Source of the DNA: Balanoglossus misakiensis
Lineage: Eukaryota > Animalia > Hemichordata
DNA: 64,000 nt
NCBI GenBank assembly: GCA_040954595.2
Contig: CM082577.2
Span: forward strand, 4,700,301-4,764,300
Direction of reading: 5' to 3'
Positions 1 to 12,231 of this stretch are shown here, piece after piece (within the stretch, counting starts at the first letter, position 1; each line of letters begins with the position of its first letter). The position numbers and the translations under genes are program-made. The notes beneath the pieces were generated by a model. It was not told where the DNA came from. It made no database searches and saw only the letters and a list, made by a program, of their open reading frames with translations.

Positions 1-574
1 CTTGGTGGGAATATTATTCCGATCATTTCAATTCCGTTTTGTTACTTTTTAGACTTTTAAAATTGACCAGAAATGGCCGCATTCAAAGACTTCTGGGTAA
101 TGTTGTTTGTAATAGTCGCTAAATGAACGGGCCCCAGAACAAGCATTTAATACTCCCGCGAAACACTGACACACTCAAAATAAAGATACCTTCACATCGA
201 TAATTTTTTATAAGATAGGCAATCGAATTTTATCTTGAAGTGACGGTAACAATGTCCCTGATGGCCATGTATCCTGGTTTCCGCTTTGTTTGCGCATTGA
301 ACTTCTGTACTCATGTTATTTTGACCACGGCTTGCATAAATTAAAACATGCTCTCATCCAACCATGACAAGGTATTTTGGGCTCTTTTGCACTGCTATAA
401 CATAATCAATTTTTAATACCGAAAAATAAGTTCCGTGTGCAAATTCAAAGCATAAAAGGCGTCAGAAACTCAGAAGTTTCAGCGGACTTCGAAACATACG
501 CAGCCCGTATCCTGAAAACCTGTCCACGTCGTGACTCCAGCTGCAACCAGGTTCGTAGCGTGAATTTTCTCTTG

Positions 575-1096
575 CCGTTTTCTCTCAGTATACTTTCTGC
601 ATCTGGCACCTTTCCTTTCGATGTTTCAGACCAGAGTTTGCTACGCTTTCTCCTTATTTTCGCGTTCGTGTATTTTGCGTCTACCTGTCTTACGCCATGT
701 GTATTGTTTTTCTTTGCGCTGACACTTCTCTTTGTTTTTCGTTCATTCCGTTTTCTCTCAGTATACTTTCTGCATCTGGCACCTTTCCTTTCGATGTTTC
801 AGACCAGAGTTTGCTACGCTTTCTCCTTTTTTTCGCGTTCGTGTATTTTGCGTCTACCTGTCTTACGCCATGTGTATTGTTTTTCTTTGCGCTGACACTT
901 CTCTTTGTTTTTCGTTCATTCCGTTTTCTCTCAGTATACTTTCTGCATCTGGCACCTTTCCTTTCGATGTTTCAGACCAGAGTTTGCTACGCTTTCTCCT
1001 TTTTTTCGCGTTCGTGTATTTTTCGTCTACCTGTCTTACGCCATGTGTATTTGTTTTTCATGTCGCTGACACTTCTCTTGTTTTTTCGTTCATTCC
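575..1096. repeat. Tandem repeat, 3 near-identical 173-bp pyrimidine-rich units, in the probable 5'-UTR intron of the astacin gene
   Basis: The unit beginning CCGTTTTCTCTCAGTATACTTTCTGCATCTGG starts at 575, 748 and 921 (173-bp period). It lies between a GT donor at 551 and an AG acceptor at 1097-1098. It explains the spurious repetitive ORFs at 437-1251. Confidence 0.92.
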
Positions 1097-1110
1097 AGTA
1101 CCAGCTGAAC

Positions 1111-3969
1111 ATGAAGATTATCCTAGTGGCGTTGCTCTTTTACCTGGCTACTTCTCAGGTGAGTGAAAATTATCTCGTCAAAAACTGCGTCATTGTATTT
1201 CGCATACAAATAATTAAACAATCGTCAATTAAGTCTTTTCCCCAAAAATAGAACGTGAATATTTGAGGTTTTTCTTTTCATACCATTTACAACGTATGAT
1301 ATAAAATCACACGGGAAAAAAATTATGTAAGCAAAAAAATTGGAATTTTCAGAACGAACGACGAATTACATAACAAAAGAAATTTTGTCGGTATCAATCC
1401 TGAGCATTCGTTGACTCGGAGCGATTTGATTGTTGTCAAAGCTTTGTTATGAAGTTAACAAACAACAAAAACAGCTCGTGGTGCCAACTTACGCAGTCCT
1501 GGAGCTACGTGGTCCGATAGTTGGATGGGCGGATCCGCCCGTCCGCACGCTTCGACTGCTGACAGCTGTTTACTCTGCTCCTCGGTTTAGCCAACCACTG
1601 CCATAAACGGGACTGTCGCGTTGTGCGAAATCTCGTACTACTAATGTAGTCGTCACTTTTTATCATGCCAGTGAACCTAAAGCAGAAGATGTCATTTTTG
1701 CAGGAATAATCAATATTTCAACAACTTTCTATATGCCGAGGATCGTATTTTAGACCAGTGCGTATTTCCAGTTAGATGTACTTTCTATCATAGCGAGCCC
1801 ACATATTCACAGTACATGTACTTCTTTTCGCCAGCGCGCGATCGTTTACAGCATGCACTAGGTTCCATCATCACCTGTAAGCATTAAGCAGAGCTGCAAT
1901 GTACATTCACGCTCGCTTGACGGTCCAGACACGGGGCGACGACTCGATTTTAACCGTATGTTAGAAAGCTGGGGAACGGGTCTTATTTTCGGACGACTAA
2001 GCCCACGCACCCCCTGTGAATAAAAACTCAGATGAATCTACCCTCCACTAGCTGTCATAATAAAGTTACAGTATTGCTAATTAAATTGGAATGGTGCTAT
2101 ACAGGTAATCGTAAACTTTGAATCAAACGTTGTAAGTATTGACAAACAAGTTGCCTGCAGATCCCGACCCGAGCCTTTTAAAACTGTGTGTTACACCTAA
2201 CGTCAGAAACTTGGAGTAAGCAACGTGCTTACGGGATCTATGCATGGGGTGTTACCACTCTGAATTCATACATGAAATGAGCCCGAAAGGTCCCATACAA
2301 TCCATGCCCCCCCCCCTGAAGCTGTTCATTTACAAATTGGCGTCCAGTCAATGAGTCAGTATAATGGAATATTCTTCTTTTTAACAGGGGCACTACCATC
2401 ACGTTGAACGTGACCTGGAAGAAGGGGACAGGGACACCTTTGAAGGGGACATCCTGCTGACACCAGAACAGAGGGAAGCGATTGAAAATGCGATTCACGA
2501 GCAAGAAAGCGGGGTTAACAAACGGAAGGCAACAGCTGACGTGGTCCAAGTCTGGCCACAGGGCATAGTGCCGTACATAATCGACGATCGCGCTCGTAAG
2601 TACAACGGAGTATTCAGTGAAACATCAACAGTGTTAATTTCTGTGAAGAGGAACATACAGATTAAAGGGCGACGATGGTCTTATGCGCATGTGCCAGACC
2701 AGAGACTCTGGTTATAGAAATTGTATACAGTCAATGCCGTCACATGTATTAGGCAGTGTGCTGTCCAAACAACAGACAAGATGGCGGCGACAATAGTATC
2801 ATGTTTCTTTATAATTAATGTATGTGTTTTCTTTTTGTTTTCATAAATAGCTAACCACCAGCGAATCCGTGATGCGATCGCCCACTGGATGGAGAAAACA
2901 TGTCTTAAAATTCTTCCCCATACTGCCGAACTCTCTGCGAGGTTGGGACATAACAACAAGGTGAAGTTCGTCAGGAGTTGGAGAGGGTTAGTGATTTAAT
3001 TATTTTTGGGTGGAAATTCATGTACTATCGTCTCCATGGTTTGACCTGCGATAATTGGACAAATGCGTGTTATTAATATAGAAACCAACTTCTATCGCTC
3101 AACAGTTGCAGCTCTTATATAGGAAGACAATCACAGTGGAGTGAGCAGAACATTAATCTGGCCGACTTTTGCTCCGTAAGTAAACACCTTTTTGTTCGAA
3201 AGCCGTGAGAGTGCGGCTTTGTCTAGTCATATCACAAGGACCTCACCAGAGGGCACCTGGTTGGCGTATTCCCACAGCGCAGACGTCTGTGACCTCAGCT
3301 AAACCGTCTAGAGGTCACAGGCGAGGAGGTCAACATCTGAACATGTTCAATTCACCGCCTGGGGGCGTACTCATGAAGTGTATCCCATGCAAATTGTGAA
3401 TGTTTGCATATGCAACGTTGAATTATGCATGACGCCACACGAACTAAACACCAGGATGTCTTGTAATGTTTTTCTATCCCATCCAAGAAATAGAGCAACC
3501 TATTGGGCAGTGTCTATCCAAGGCGCCATCTTTTTCAAACAAATGAATTAATTTCTTTTTCTTTCCATGTTGCTTGAGTTTTTAACATTATGTTCGGGTA
3601 TGATATCATTTCTTTTACAGTTCGGAAACATTGTTCATGAGATTGGCCATGCCATCGGGTTTTGGCATGAACAAAGCCGACGGGATCGTGATTTCTTTGT
3701 TACTGTTCACGAAGAAAACATCGAAACAGGCAGAGAAGGGAATTTTGAAAAATACGATCTCAACGACGGCGATGACTATGGAGTTTCATATGATTTGAGC
3801 TCCATTATGCATTATCCATCTAATGTGAGTATGTATGTATGTATGTATGTATGTATGTATGTATGTATGTATGTATGTATGTATGTATGTATGTATGTAT
3901 GTATGTATGTATGTATGTATGTATGTATGTATGTATGTATGTATGTATGTATGTATGTATGTATGTATG

Positions 3970-4000
<31 letters not shown>

Positions 4001-4289
4001 GTATGTATGTATGTATGTATGTATGTATGTATGTGTGTATGTATGTATGTGTGTGTGTGTGTATATGTGTGTATGTGTGTGTGTATGTGTGTGTGTATGT
4101 ATGTATGTATGTATGTATGTATGTATGTATGTATGTATGTATGTATGTATGTGTGTGTGTGTGTATATGTGTGTATGTGTGTGTGTATGTGTGTGTATGT
4201 ATGTATGTATGTATGTATGTATGTATGTATGTATGTATGTATGTATGTATGTATGTATGTATGTATGTATGTATGTATGTATGTATGTA

Positions 4290-4321
<32 letters not shown>

Positions 4322-7250
4322 CATGTATGTATGTATGTATGTATGTATGTATGTATGTATGTATGTATGTATGTATGTATGTATGTATGTATGTACATGT
4401 ATGTATGTATGTACATGTATGTATGTATGTATGTATGTATGTATGTATGTATGTATGTATGTATGTATGTATGTATGTATGTATGTATGTATGTATGTAT
4501 GTATGTATGTATGTATGTACATGTATGTATGTATGTATGTATGTATGTATGTATGTATGTATGTATGTATGTATGTATGTATGCGTTGCAAGCTGGATAC
4601 TGACCCTCTCCTCTTCTCTCACAGGCGTTTTCAACAGGCGGTGCTACCATAACTGTTAATAATGGCCCTGATTCGTTCATCGGTCAAAGAGACGGACTAA
4701 GTTATTATGACGTCAAGCTAGCTAGACTTCTGTATGGCTGTAAGGGTAAGTAAAATATTTGAAATTCTTCCTATGTATTGCATTACAAAGTGACCATGTT
4801 TTGGTTATACACATGAATATATTGACAAAAATGTATTAACAACAGATTCTTTCATTTAAGATTCTAGAGATAAATCACCGTCTATACATTTTCTATTTAA
4901 CAGAGAGGGAATGCTTTGTTCGAGGCGACGCTAGCGACTACCGCGGAATTGTGTCCACAACGACGAGCGGCAGGACATGTCAAAGGTGGTCCGACCAGGC
5001 TCCCCATGCACACTCGTACACACCCTCCGATAGACCGGAAAGCGGCTTAGGGGAGCACAACTACTGCCGCAATCCTAACGGAGAGGAGCCGCGACCGTGG
5101 TGTTACACTACCGATGCTGGCAAACGTTGGGAGCACTGTGACGTTGGCACCCCCGGTGACAATTGCAGTGAGTAAATATGCATCAAGTGGTCAAGTCAAG
5201 TGCATCATGAATTCCTGCGATTGTAGGCGACTCACAAGGTCCCGCACAGTTCGGAAAATGATCCATTCGGATTGCATGTCAGTTGCGCCTGATTGCCAGG
5301 CAATGATTTGTTAGCGCGAGATTTTAGACACTAATGAGCTTAAACTATTCATTTGGTTATTTTCACTCACGTGAAATTCACCCATGATTTTTTTTTACAC
5401 ACACACAGATGATGAATGCTATTTCGTCGGAAACGCGGGCGATTACCGAGGTACCGTTTCTAAAACAAACACCGGCAAAACCTGCCAAAAATGGACGAGC
5501 CAGTCACCACACGGACACGACTACACACCGTGGAATCGCCCAAATCAGGGCCTGGGGGACCACAACTACTGTCGCTCAGCTGGGTACACGGCAGCCTGGT
5601 GCTACACCACCGATCCTAGCGCCCGTTGGGAAGAATGCGACGTTGGCCAGCCGAGGGAATACTGTGGTGAGTAGAAGACAATATGGTTTTGCACACAACC
5701 ATCCATCCATCCATTTACCCATGCATGCATGCATGCATGCATACATACATACACACACACACACACGCATGCATACACACACACACATGCATACATACAT
5801 ACATACATACATACATACATACATACATACATACATACATACATACATACATACATACATACATACATACATACATACATACATACATACATACATACAT
5901 ACATACATACATACATACATACATACATACATACATACATACATGTACAGACAGACACAGACAGACAGCTGAAGGAAACATAGCAGTAAAGTATGTATAT
6001 CACATCACAGGTTTCCAACAAATATGATGTATGATTATCTCTTCCTGTTAGACGCGGAATGTTTCTTCCTGGGCAATGCAAACGACTACAGGGGAAGGGT
6101 ATCGAGAACAAACACCGGCAAAACTTGCCAAAAATGGACGAGCCAGTCACCACACGGACACGACTACACACCGTCGAATCGCCCAAATCAGGGCCTGGGG
6201 GACCACAACTATTGCCGCTCAGCTGGGTACACGGCAGCCTGGTGCTACACCACCGATCCTAGCAGCCGCTGGGAAGTATGCGACGTTGGCCAGGCGGGTA
6301 AAACGTGCGGTGAGTGAAGTTTGCCTTGACACGGTTACTACACGCGGTTACTACTTTTCTAGTAACCGTGGTCTTGAGCTGCAACATTCAAGTGGCCGTG
6401 GTTTGTTGTTTGAAAAACGGTGTCCACCACATTGCACTTGTCGCCCTCTACGGTGCCTTTGAATTATTCGTTGTTTTTTGTCCAACAGTTGGACAGTTGT
6501 ATTGATACATGTACATATTCAGGGAGCTTTCAATAAGTAAGGGAGGGGTGGGCCGTAGGAAATTTGAGTGGAATTCCCTTGAACCTTATATGCAACCTCT
6601 CTTTTCTCCGACAGGCGAGGAATGCTTCATCCAGGACAGCGCCAGTGACTACCGGGGCGACGTGACCTACACAGAGAACGGCAAAAAATGCCAAAAATGG
6701 ACGAGCCAGTCCCCCCACGGACACACCTACACACCGGCTAACTATCCCAATGATGGCATAGGAGACCACAACTACTGCCGTACTGCTGGCTACTCCACGG
6801 CCTGGTGTTACACCACCGACCCGAACACCCGCTGGGAAGTATGCAATCTTGGTCAAAAGAAAGTCAGATGTGGTGAGTTTACAACTTGCTTTTTTAATAT
6901 ATAATCTGTGTATAGTGTTTGCCATCCCATAGGTTACTCAGGGTAATACAATATGAACTGCTGACGTAATCGCGGTATCTTCTCCAGCTGATGTCAAAAA
7001 AATGCTGAATATACGTAGCCACCGTTGCGGCAAACGACAATTTTTTGAATGATCCGTTCTGCGACAATGTCAAATTATTCTCTCCCTCTCCTAAACGAAG
7101 ATACAGCACCATATAGAGTCAAACGCATGCACACAAATGAAATATGCAGATACCATAGTGTTATAAGTCTTCATACAGTCTGATTTTTACAGTCATTTTA
7201 TTGTTATCTTACACATTTCCTTTCTTCCATTTTTTTTTACTGCAGATTGA
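1111..7250 (+). CDS. Secreted astacin-family (M12A) zinc metalloprotease with four C-terminal kringle domains (~609 aa, 11 coding exons)
   Basis: Exons 1111-1158, 2388-2595, 2851-2986, 3106-3175, 3621-3824, 4625-4745, 4904-5167, 5409-5666, 6052-6309, 6615-6872, 7246-7250 are all GT-AG and in phase. Motifs: signal peptide [16 protein letters not shown], prodomain FEGDI, KRK processing site, [27 protein letters not shown] zinc motif, SIMHY Met-turn. Four kringles (YRG..CQxW..NYCR..WCYT..WExC). AATAAA at 7308. Confidence 0.93.
3829..4583. repeat. (TATG)n/(TG)n compound microsatellite, ~750 bp, intronic
   Basis: Direct reading. Source of the MYVC/HTYI ORFs. Confidence 0.98.
5720..5945. repeat. 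(CATA)n/(CA)n microsatellite between kringle exons 2 and 3
   Basis: Direct reading. Same motif as 3829-4583, in the opposite orientation. Confidence 0.97.
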
Positions 7251-7521
7251 GCTCACAAGAATCCAGTTACGAGCTTCAGCACATGCAGCGCCGTTTTACT
7301 TTATTTCAATAAATAAATTCGTAGCATGACTATTGCCACAGCATGATGGCAATAATTTTGATTCAGAATATCAAGTTGTAGTTACAAATATCTTTCTTCT
7401 TTCTGAATACTGCCTTAAATGCAGGAATCAGACATCTATGTAGTCGTAGTCTATGGCAGAAATAAAATACGTGTATGACATGACAAATATCTGGTGGAGA
7501 CTGATTTTTTTCTAGGTAGGC

Positions 7522-7653
<132 letters not shown>

Positions 7654-8187
7654 GTTCTCCGTTTGGACTTCTGGAATGAATGAACATCTCAGTGAAACGA
7701 ATCAATTAATCCTTTTAACGTTGAACCTACTAACACTTCAAACTCCAAAGAAAATATATCATCACAATACAATTTTTTGTTTTTACAATTCGTTGGTGAA
7801 CAACAAGAATGAAAACCAGGATAATTTCATGATTATTTTCAACTTTGCACGGCGCAGTCCGGGCGCGTTTTAATATTAAAATTGCTAACTCTAGCTCTCT
7901 GGGTGAATAGCGACCGATGGGGGCGTGTTACAATATGCATTGTGACCTATGACCTTCCCGTCTGTCGAAGCTAAACTGTCAAACATGCGGAAGATATATA
8001 AACTACGGACTATGATTCTGTTCCGTGCGACATGAGAGGGGATATTGTGACACCCGTTTCATCGATTATTTTTGCAGATTTGATATTTACGTTAAAATGC
8101 AATTGGGAACGGAGCGTCAAGGTAAGGCCCACCAAGGAAAGATATTTCAAAACGCCCTGCGTTCAACCTGTGTACTCCCGGCGTAAC

Positions 8188-11100
8188 ATGGCCTCCACCC
8201 TGGCCTCCACCACGGCAGGGTTGTGGTAGAGGCACAGACCTGTGCGCAGGGCTACTGTCTTCCAGTCTACATCATCATCATCATCATCATCATCATCACA
8301 ATCATCAACATCATCATCACAATCATCAACATCATCATCACAATCATCATCGTCGTCGTCGTTATCACCATGTCGTCAGGTTTTATAACTATATGTCAAG
8401 ACTGGTGCCAGCCTCCAAACAAGATGTTTTTGTTTGTTTGTTTCAGTCAGCAGGAATGGAGAGGTTATCATCAAACAAGGGTGGTGTGTTAAAGAAAGTG
8501 GGACTACACTGTTCGGCCGCTACAACTGGAAAAGGCGCTGGTTTGTGCTTACACAGAATGAAAATGTGATCCTCTTATCTTACTATGAAAATAAGTAAGT
8601 CTGGTTTCATGGACATCTGCAGACTCTTTCGCAGCCCACGGTTTTCTACACTGCCCTGATTCTCCATTTTGTTCTCTGGTGCCCCGTACTGTTATGACTT
8701 GTGTGCGTTTTCTTTTTTGTTTTTGTTTATACAGATGGAAGCCTGCGAGTAGAGATAACAAACTGAAGGGAACTGTCCAACTGACGAATAAATGTGAGTG
8801 CACCCATGACTACATACAATAAAACCTGTCTATACTGAACACATTTTCAAGTCCCTTTGACATAGAACCACATGTTAAAAGAACCTCTATAAACCAGACA
8901 CCTCTGGAAACTGAACAGTTTCTTCAGTCCCTTCGGTGTTTTGGTCTAGACAGCTTTTTCTGTATATATCCATTCATGAGAGAGAAATAACTTGTGGTCA
9001 GTCACTTGATCAGAATCTCTTGCACAGACAGTACTCAGCCATGTCCCACCTGTAAACCTTAATACACAGATATGACAACGTACCTGGATGACTTGGTGAA
9101 GAAGAAACCGTACTGCTTTGCGTTAGGTCCCATGGTGGAGGACGGCACGACGAGGACGTACTACATCAGCTGCGGTAAGCAACCGACGTCTTGGCTGTGA
9201 AACGGGGACAAAAATCCGCCCTGTTTTGCGGTCCGTTGTTGATATTGTTCTGAAGGACTTTCATCACATTATTGTAATTTGTACACTACTTGTGATCAGC
9301 AATCCCATTTCACACTCGTATGCAGATTTCAGACTCACTCACGTGAAACGAAACAGAGCCAGTTTGCAACAGATGTTGCATTCTGTTGGACCTGTTCATC
9401 CCCATTTACCGTTCTAGAGGTCCAACTTTACCATGTAAAACCATGGGATGTGGACCAAACCATGGCGATGAAAGGGTTGACAGCGGTGTACAGCATTTTG
9501 TCCATATCACTGCATTTCTCATGCCATGAAAAGTTTTAGCTTTCTGAAGCCTTTCAGTGAACATCGAATATACACCTGTGTCACTTTCACTTTCACTTTC
9601 AGAGAGTGAAGGTGATAGGCTTGAATGGATGGAAGTGCTCAATTCCACACTAGAGGGCGCTTCACCATCCAGAACAGAGCAACGGCGATTGAGTGTGTGC
9701 CTCAAGGCTCACAAGAGACAGGTTGGCTTCAACTTTGTTTATATTCGGCAAAGATAATCTGAAAGAGATCATTTTACTTTGTAGAAAATTCATATTTTAA
9801 TCGAGCCAACCCTACATCTGATTTTAATAAGATTGCACTACATTGTAAAGTAGCAAGACTATAATCAAATATTATTCATTCTCCCCATTAGCCAAGTTTT
9901 ACCTCACCCTCTGAGATTGGCGTCGACCGCGGAAAGTACATGGATCCTGCCTGGAGAAAACAGGTATGACCTCTGATGGTTAAATTATCACCCCAATTCG
10001 TGAGAGCGACAAGGAGACATTTAATAACACAACTGCTGTAACCACAGAGATCAAATTCCTAATAACTGAAGAACCACTTTGTTTTTTTTCTCATTCACTC
10101 TCCCTCCTGCAGCAATGGCTGGACCTGGTTGCCATGACTACCAAAGACAACAAAGAGTGGAAGAAGGTCGACACGAAGGACGGTGTCACCGTGGCCAGGA
10201 TGGCCTTTGTGCAGGATAAGTGTGCCACTGTCAAGGTAGGGATGGCCTCTGGTAAGGGTAATCATGGCATTATCATTGTGAAAATGGCTTTTTTTCAAGA
10301 TAGTGTTTTTATTGAAATGTTAAAGTTCGATGATAATGATTTTATTTACCACTCTTCACAGATTGATGGTTATGTTGAGGCCCCCTGTGATATCGTCTAT
10401 GAATTCCTGAAAAAATCAATGCAGCCCTGGGGAAAGGTAAAGTACATGTACATTTTGTTTATGACAGCATTTTTTGATGATTTTAGATTGGAGTCATGGA
10501 GGGCAAGCAGATTTTGGGGAAAGTTCCTGTTTTTAAGATCCCTTCTTTAAAATACAGATTTTTCCTCGTTTTCTGGCTAGTTCAATTTTGCTTTCCGCAA
10601 CGAGACAGTGCTGCAGCAGCTGAACGATTACCCGTCGGAAGCGATCATCCAGTGCCACTACAAAGTTCCCCTGCCGCACATCTCGACTCGATATTGCTGC
10701 GTGCTCAAAGAGTGGCTTCCCAGCGACTTCACCGACCCCGTGATGGACACGGACGCCTGCGGGCTCTTGCTGGTGTCCGTCAAGCACGACAAGGCGAAAA
10801 TTCCAAAGGTGAGAATCCCTCTGTAGAGATCCAACCATTCCATAGAAAACAGTGGGTTTGGACTGAACCATAATGCTGAAAGGGTCAAATGTGACATCAC
10901 TACATTCTCTTGATCAAACGATGGCTTATCAGTGTGTACAGTTAGGGCTAGACAAGTTTGCAGAAACCTGGCACTGTAGATTAAGTTCCAGACTAAGAAT
11001 GAATGATTTTATATATGTAAAAAAAATTCCCTTGGGTATGCACTTATGACTTTATTTTTTACTAAACATGAATTTATCCCATAATGAATGTGACCTTTGT

Positions 11101-11418
11101 CAAGATTTGAATATCACAGTTCATCAGATTACTGAATACTCAGTCTGGACCCCTCCTCTCTCCTTGCAGGAATGCCACCTTTGCCCAGTGGACCTGTCCG
11201 GCATTGTCCTCCGACCAGCGCCCCCTAGTGGCCGACAGAGCATGTTCGCAGAGAGGACTCGGATGACCTGCATTCTGCAGGTCAATGCACAGGGATCCCT
11301 TCATAACATGCTGAAACAATCGTACAAGTCTAGGTTGTTGGTCTTCGGGCTGAGGTCGGCGTACCAGCTTGCCTGCACTGAGATACGGAAGTTTGTGGAG
11401 CTGTTGGATAGAATATAG
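8188..11418 (+). CDS. PH-domain plus START-domain lipid-binding/transfer protein
   Basis: Exons approx. 8188-8219 (start uncertain), 8451-8594, 8735-8793, 9070-9174, 9603-9721, 9892-9963, 10113-10235, 10362-10436, 10581-10808, 11170-11418. PH motifs: IKQGWCVKESG..NWKRRWFVL, YCFAL, RTYYISCESEGDRLEWMEVL. START-like motifs: EWKKVDTKDGVTV, HYKVPLPHISTRYCC, LSGIVLRP, TRMTCILQVNAQGSL. Confidence 0.85.
8270..8365. repeat. (ATC)n/(GTC)n trinucleotide repeat, probably intronic
   Basis: Direct reading. Confidence 0.9.
8817..8962. mobile_element. Tc1/mariner (pogo/Tigger-like) MITE
   Basis: TA|CAATAAAACCTGTCTATAC...GTCTAGACAGCTTTTTCTG|TA, i.e. imperfect TIRs flanked by TA. A related partial copy is at ~39005-39165. 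Confidence 0.65.
9391..9476. mobile_element. ~85-bp piggyBac-like MITE, degenerate copy
   Basis: Shares the AGAGGTCCAAC...GGACCAAACCATGG..TGAAAGGG body with the copies at 52587 and 54888. Confidence 0.6.
10816..10884. mobile_element. piggyBac-like MITE, 5'-truncated copy
   Basis: AGAGATCCAACC...CATAGAAAACAGTGGGTTTGGACTGAACCAT...TGAAAGGG matches the 52587 copy. Confidence 0.6.
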
Positions 11419-12231
11419 CTGCCCCTCCTCTGAGACAGACTTTTTTTTAAGTCCAGGGGAATTCCGGAGACGCTGGGTTTTATTTCTACTCTGGTAAGCG
11501 CACATAAACAGGGTATTGGTCGCATCAAATTGACCTTCTACAGCCTGGACCCTTTAAACCTGACTGTCAGAGCTTTTATCTTTCATTTGCCATATACGCG
11601 TATTTCAACAAAAGCTTTTATATACCCGGTATAAAAGCTCGGTGAAGTGATGAGAAAAAAAGACAGGGTGTCCATTTCGTTGGGTATTTCTCTTCAATGT
11701 CCATTTCAATACATCTTTGCTGTTTGAAATTTTTAATCCAGATTCCTTTTTAAAAATGGAGTTTTTCTCACATTTTATGATTTTTCTGTATTTGACAAAA
11801 TCAAGAGACAAGTATGAAATGTCTTAACAGGGAAGTTATAGGCACAGTATTTACAAATATCAGTGAAAGTTCTGATGGTTAAGATATTTAATCATTGGTT
11901 TATGTTGCATGTAAGTACTATTTTAAAAGTTTTATAAGTGTAAGTGTAATATCAAGATTCTTACCAAACCAGAGGTATCTGTTTAAGCAAGAGATCAAGG
12001 AAGTGATTTGTTTTCCTATCTACTTCTGATGATATACTTCTGCAGAGCCATTTCAATTGTCCACATCGTTTTAATAATCAAGGCATCATCGATGTAAACA
12101 TACAGAAAATGAAACAAAATAGGAAAATTCAATAGTTCCTCTTTTTTTTAAAGAACTGTCCGTATCAGTCTGTCAGGTTAAGTCTCTGGCATCCATTCAA
12201 TTGTCTCCATGGAAACCATACCGGAGCAGAT

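Noticed and set aside
437-1251. Three overlapping hydrophobic ORFs
   Set aside because: They are produced by the 173-bp T-rich tandem repeat. Only 1111-1158 is a supported coding exon.
1523-1544. 22-bp GC-rich near-palindrome; also short hairpins at ~3285-3322 and ~57796-57813
   Set aside because: Too short to distinguish from chance and no supporting context.
3786-4680. Long MYVC/HTYI-repeat ORFs on both strands (also 5576-6186)
   Set aside because: They are translations of stop-free (TATG)n microsatellites inside introns.
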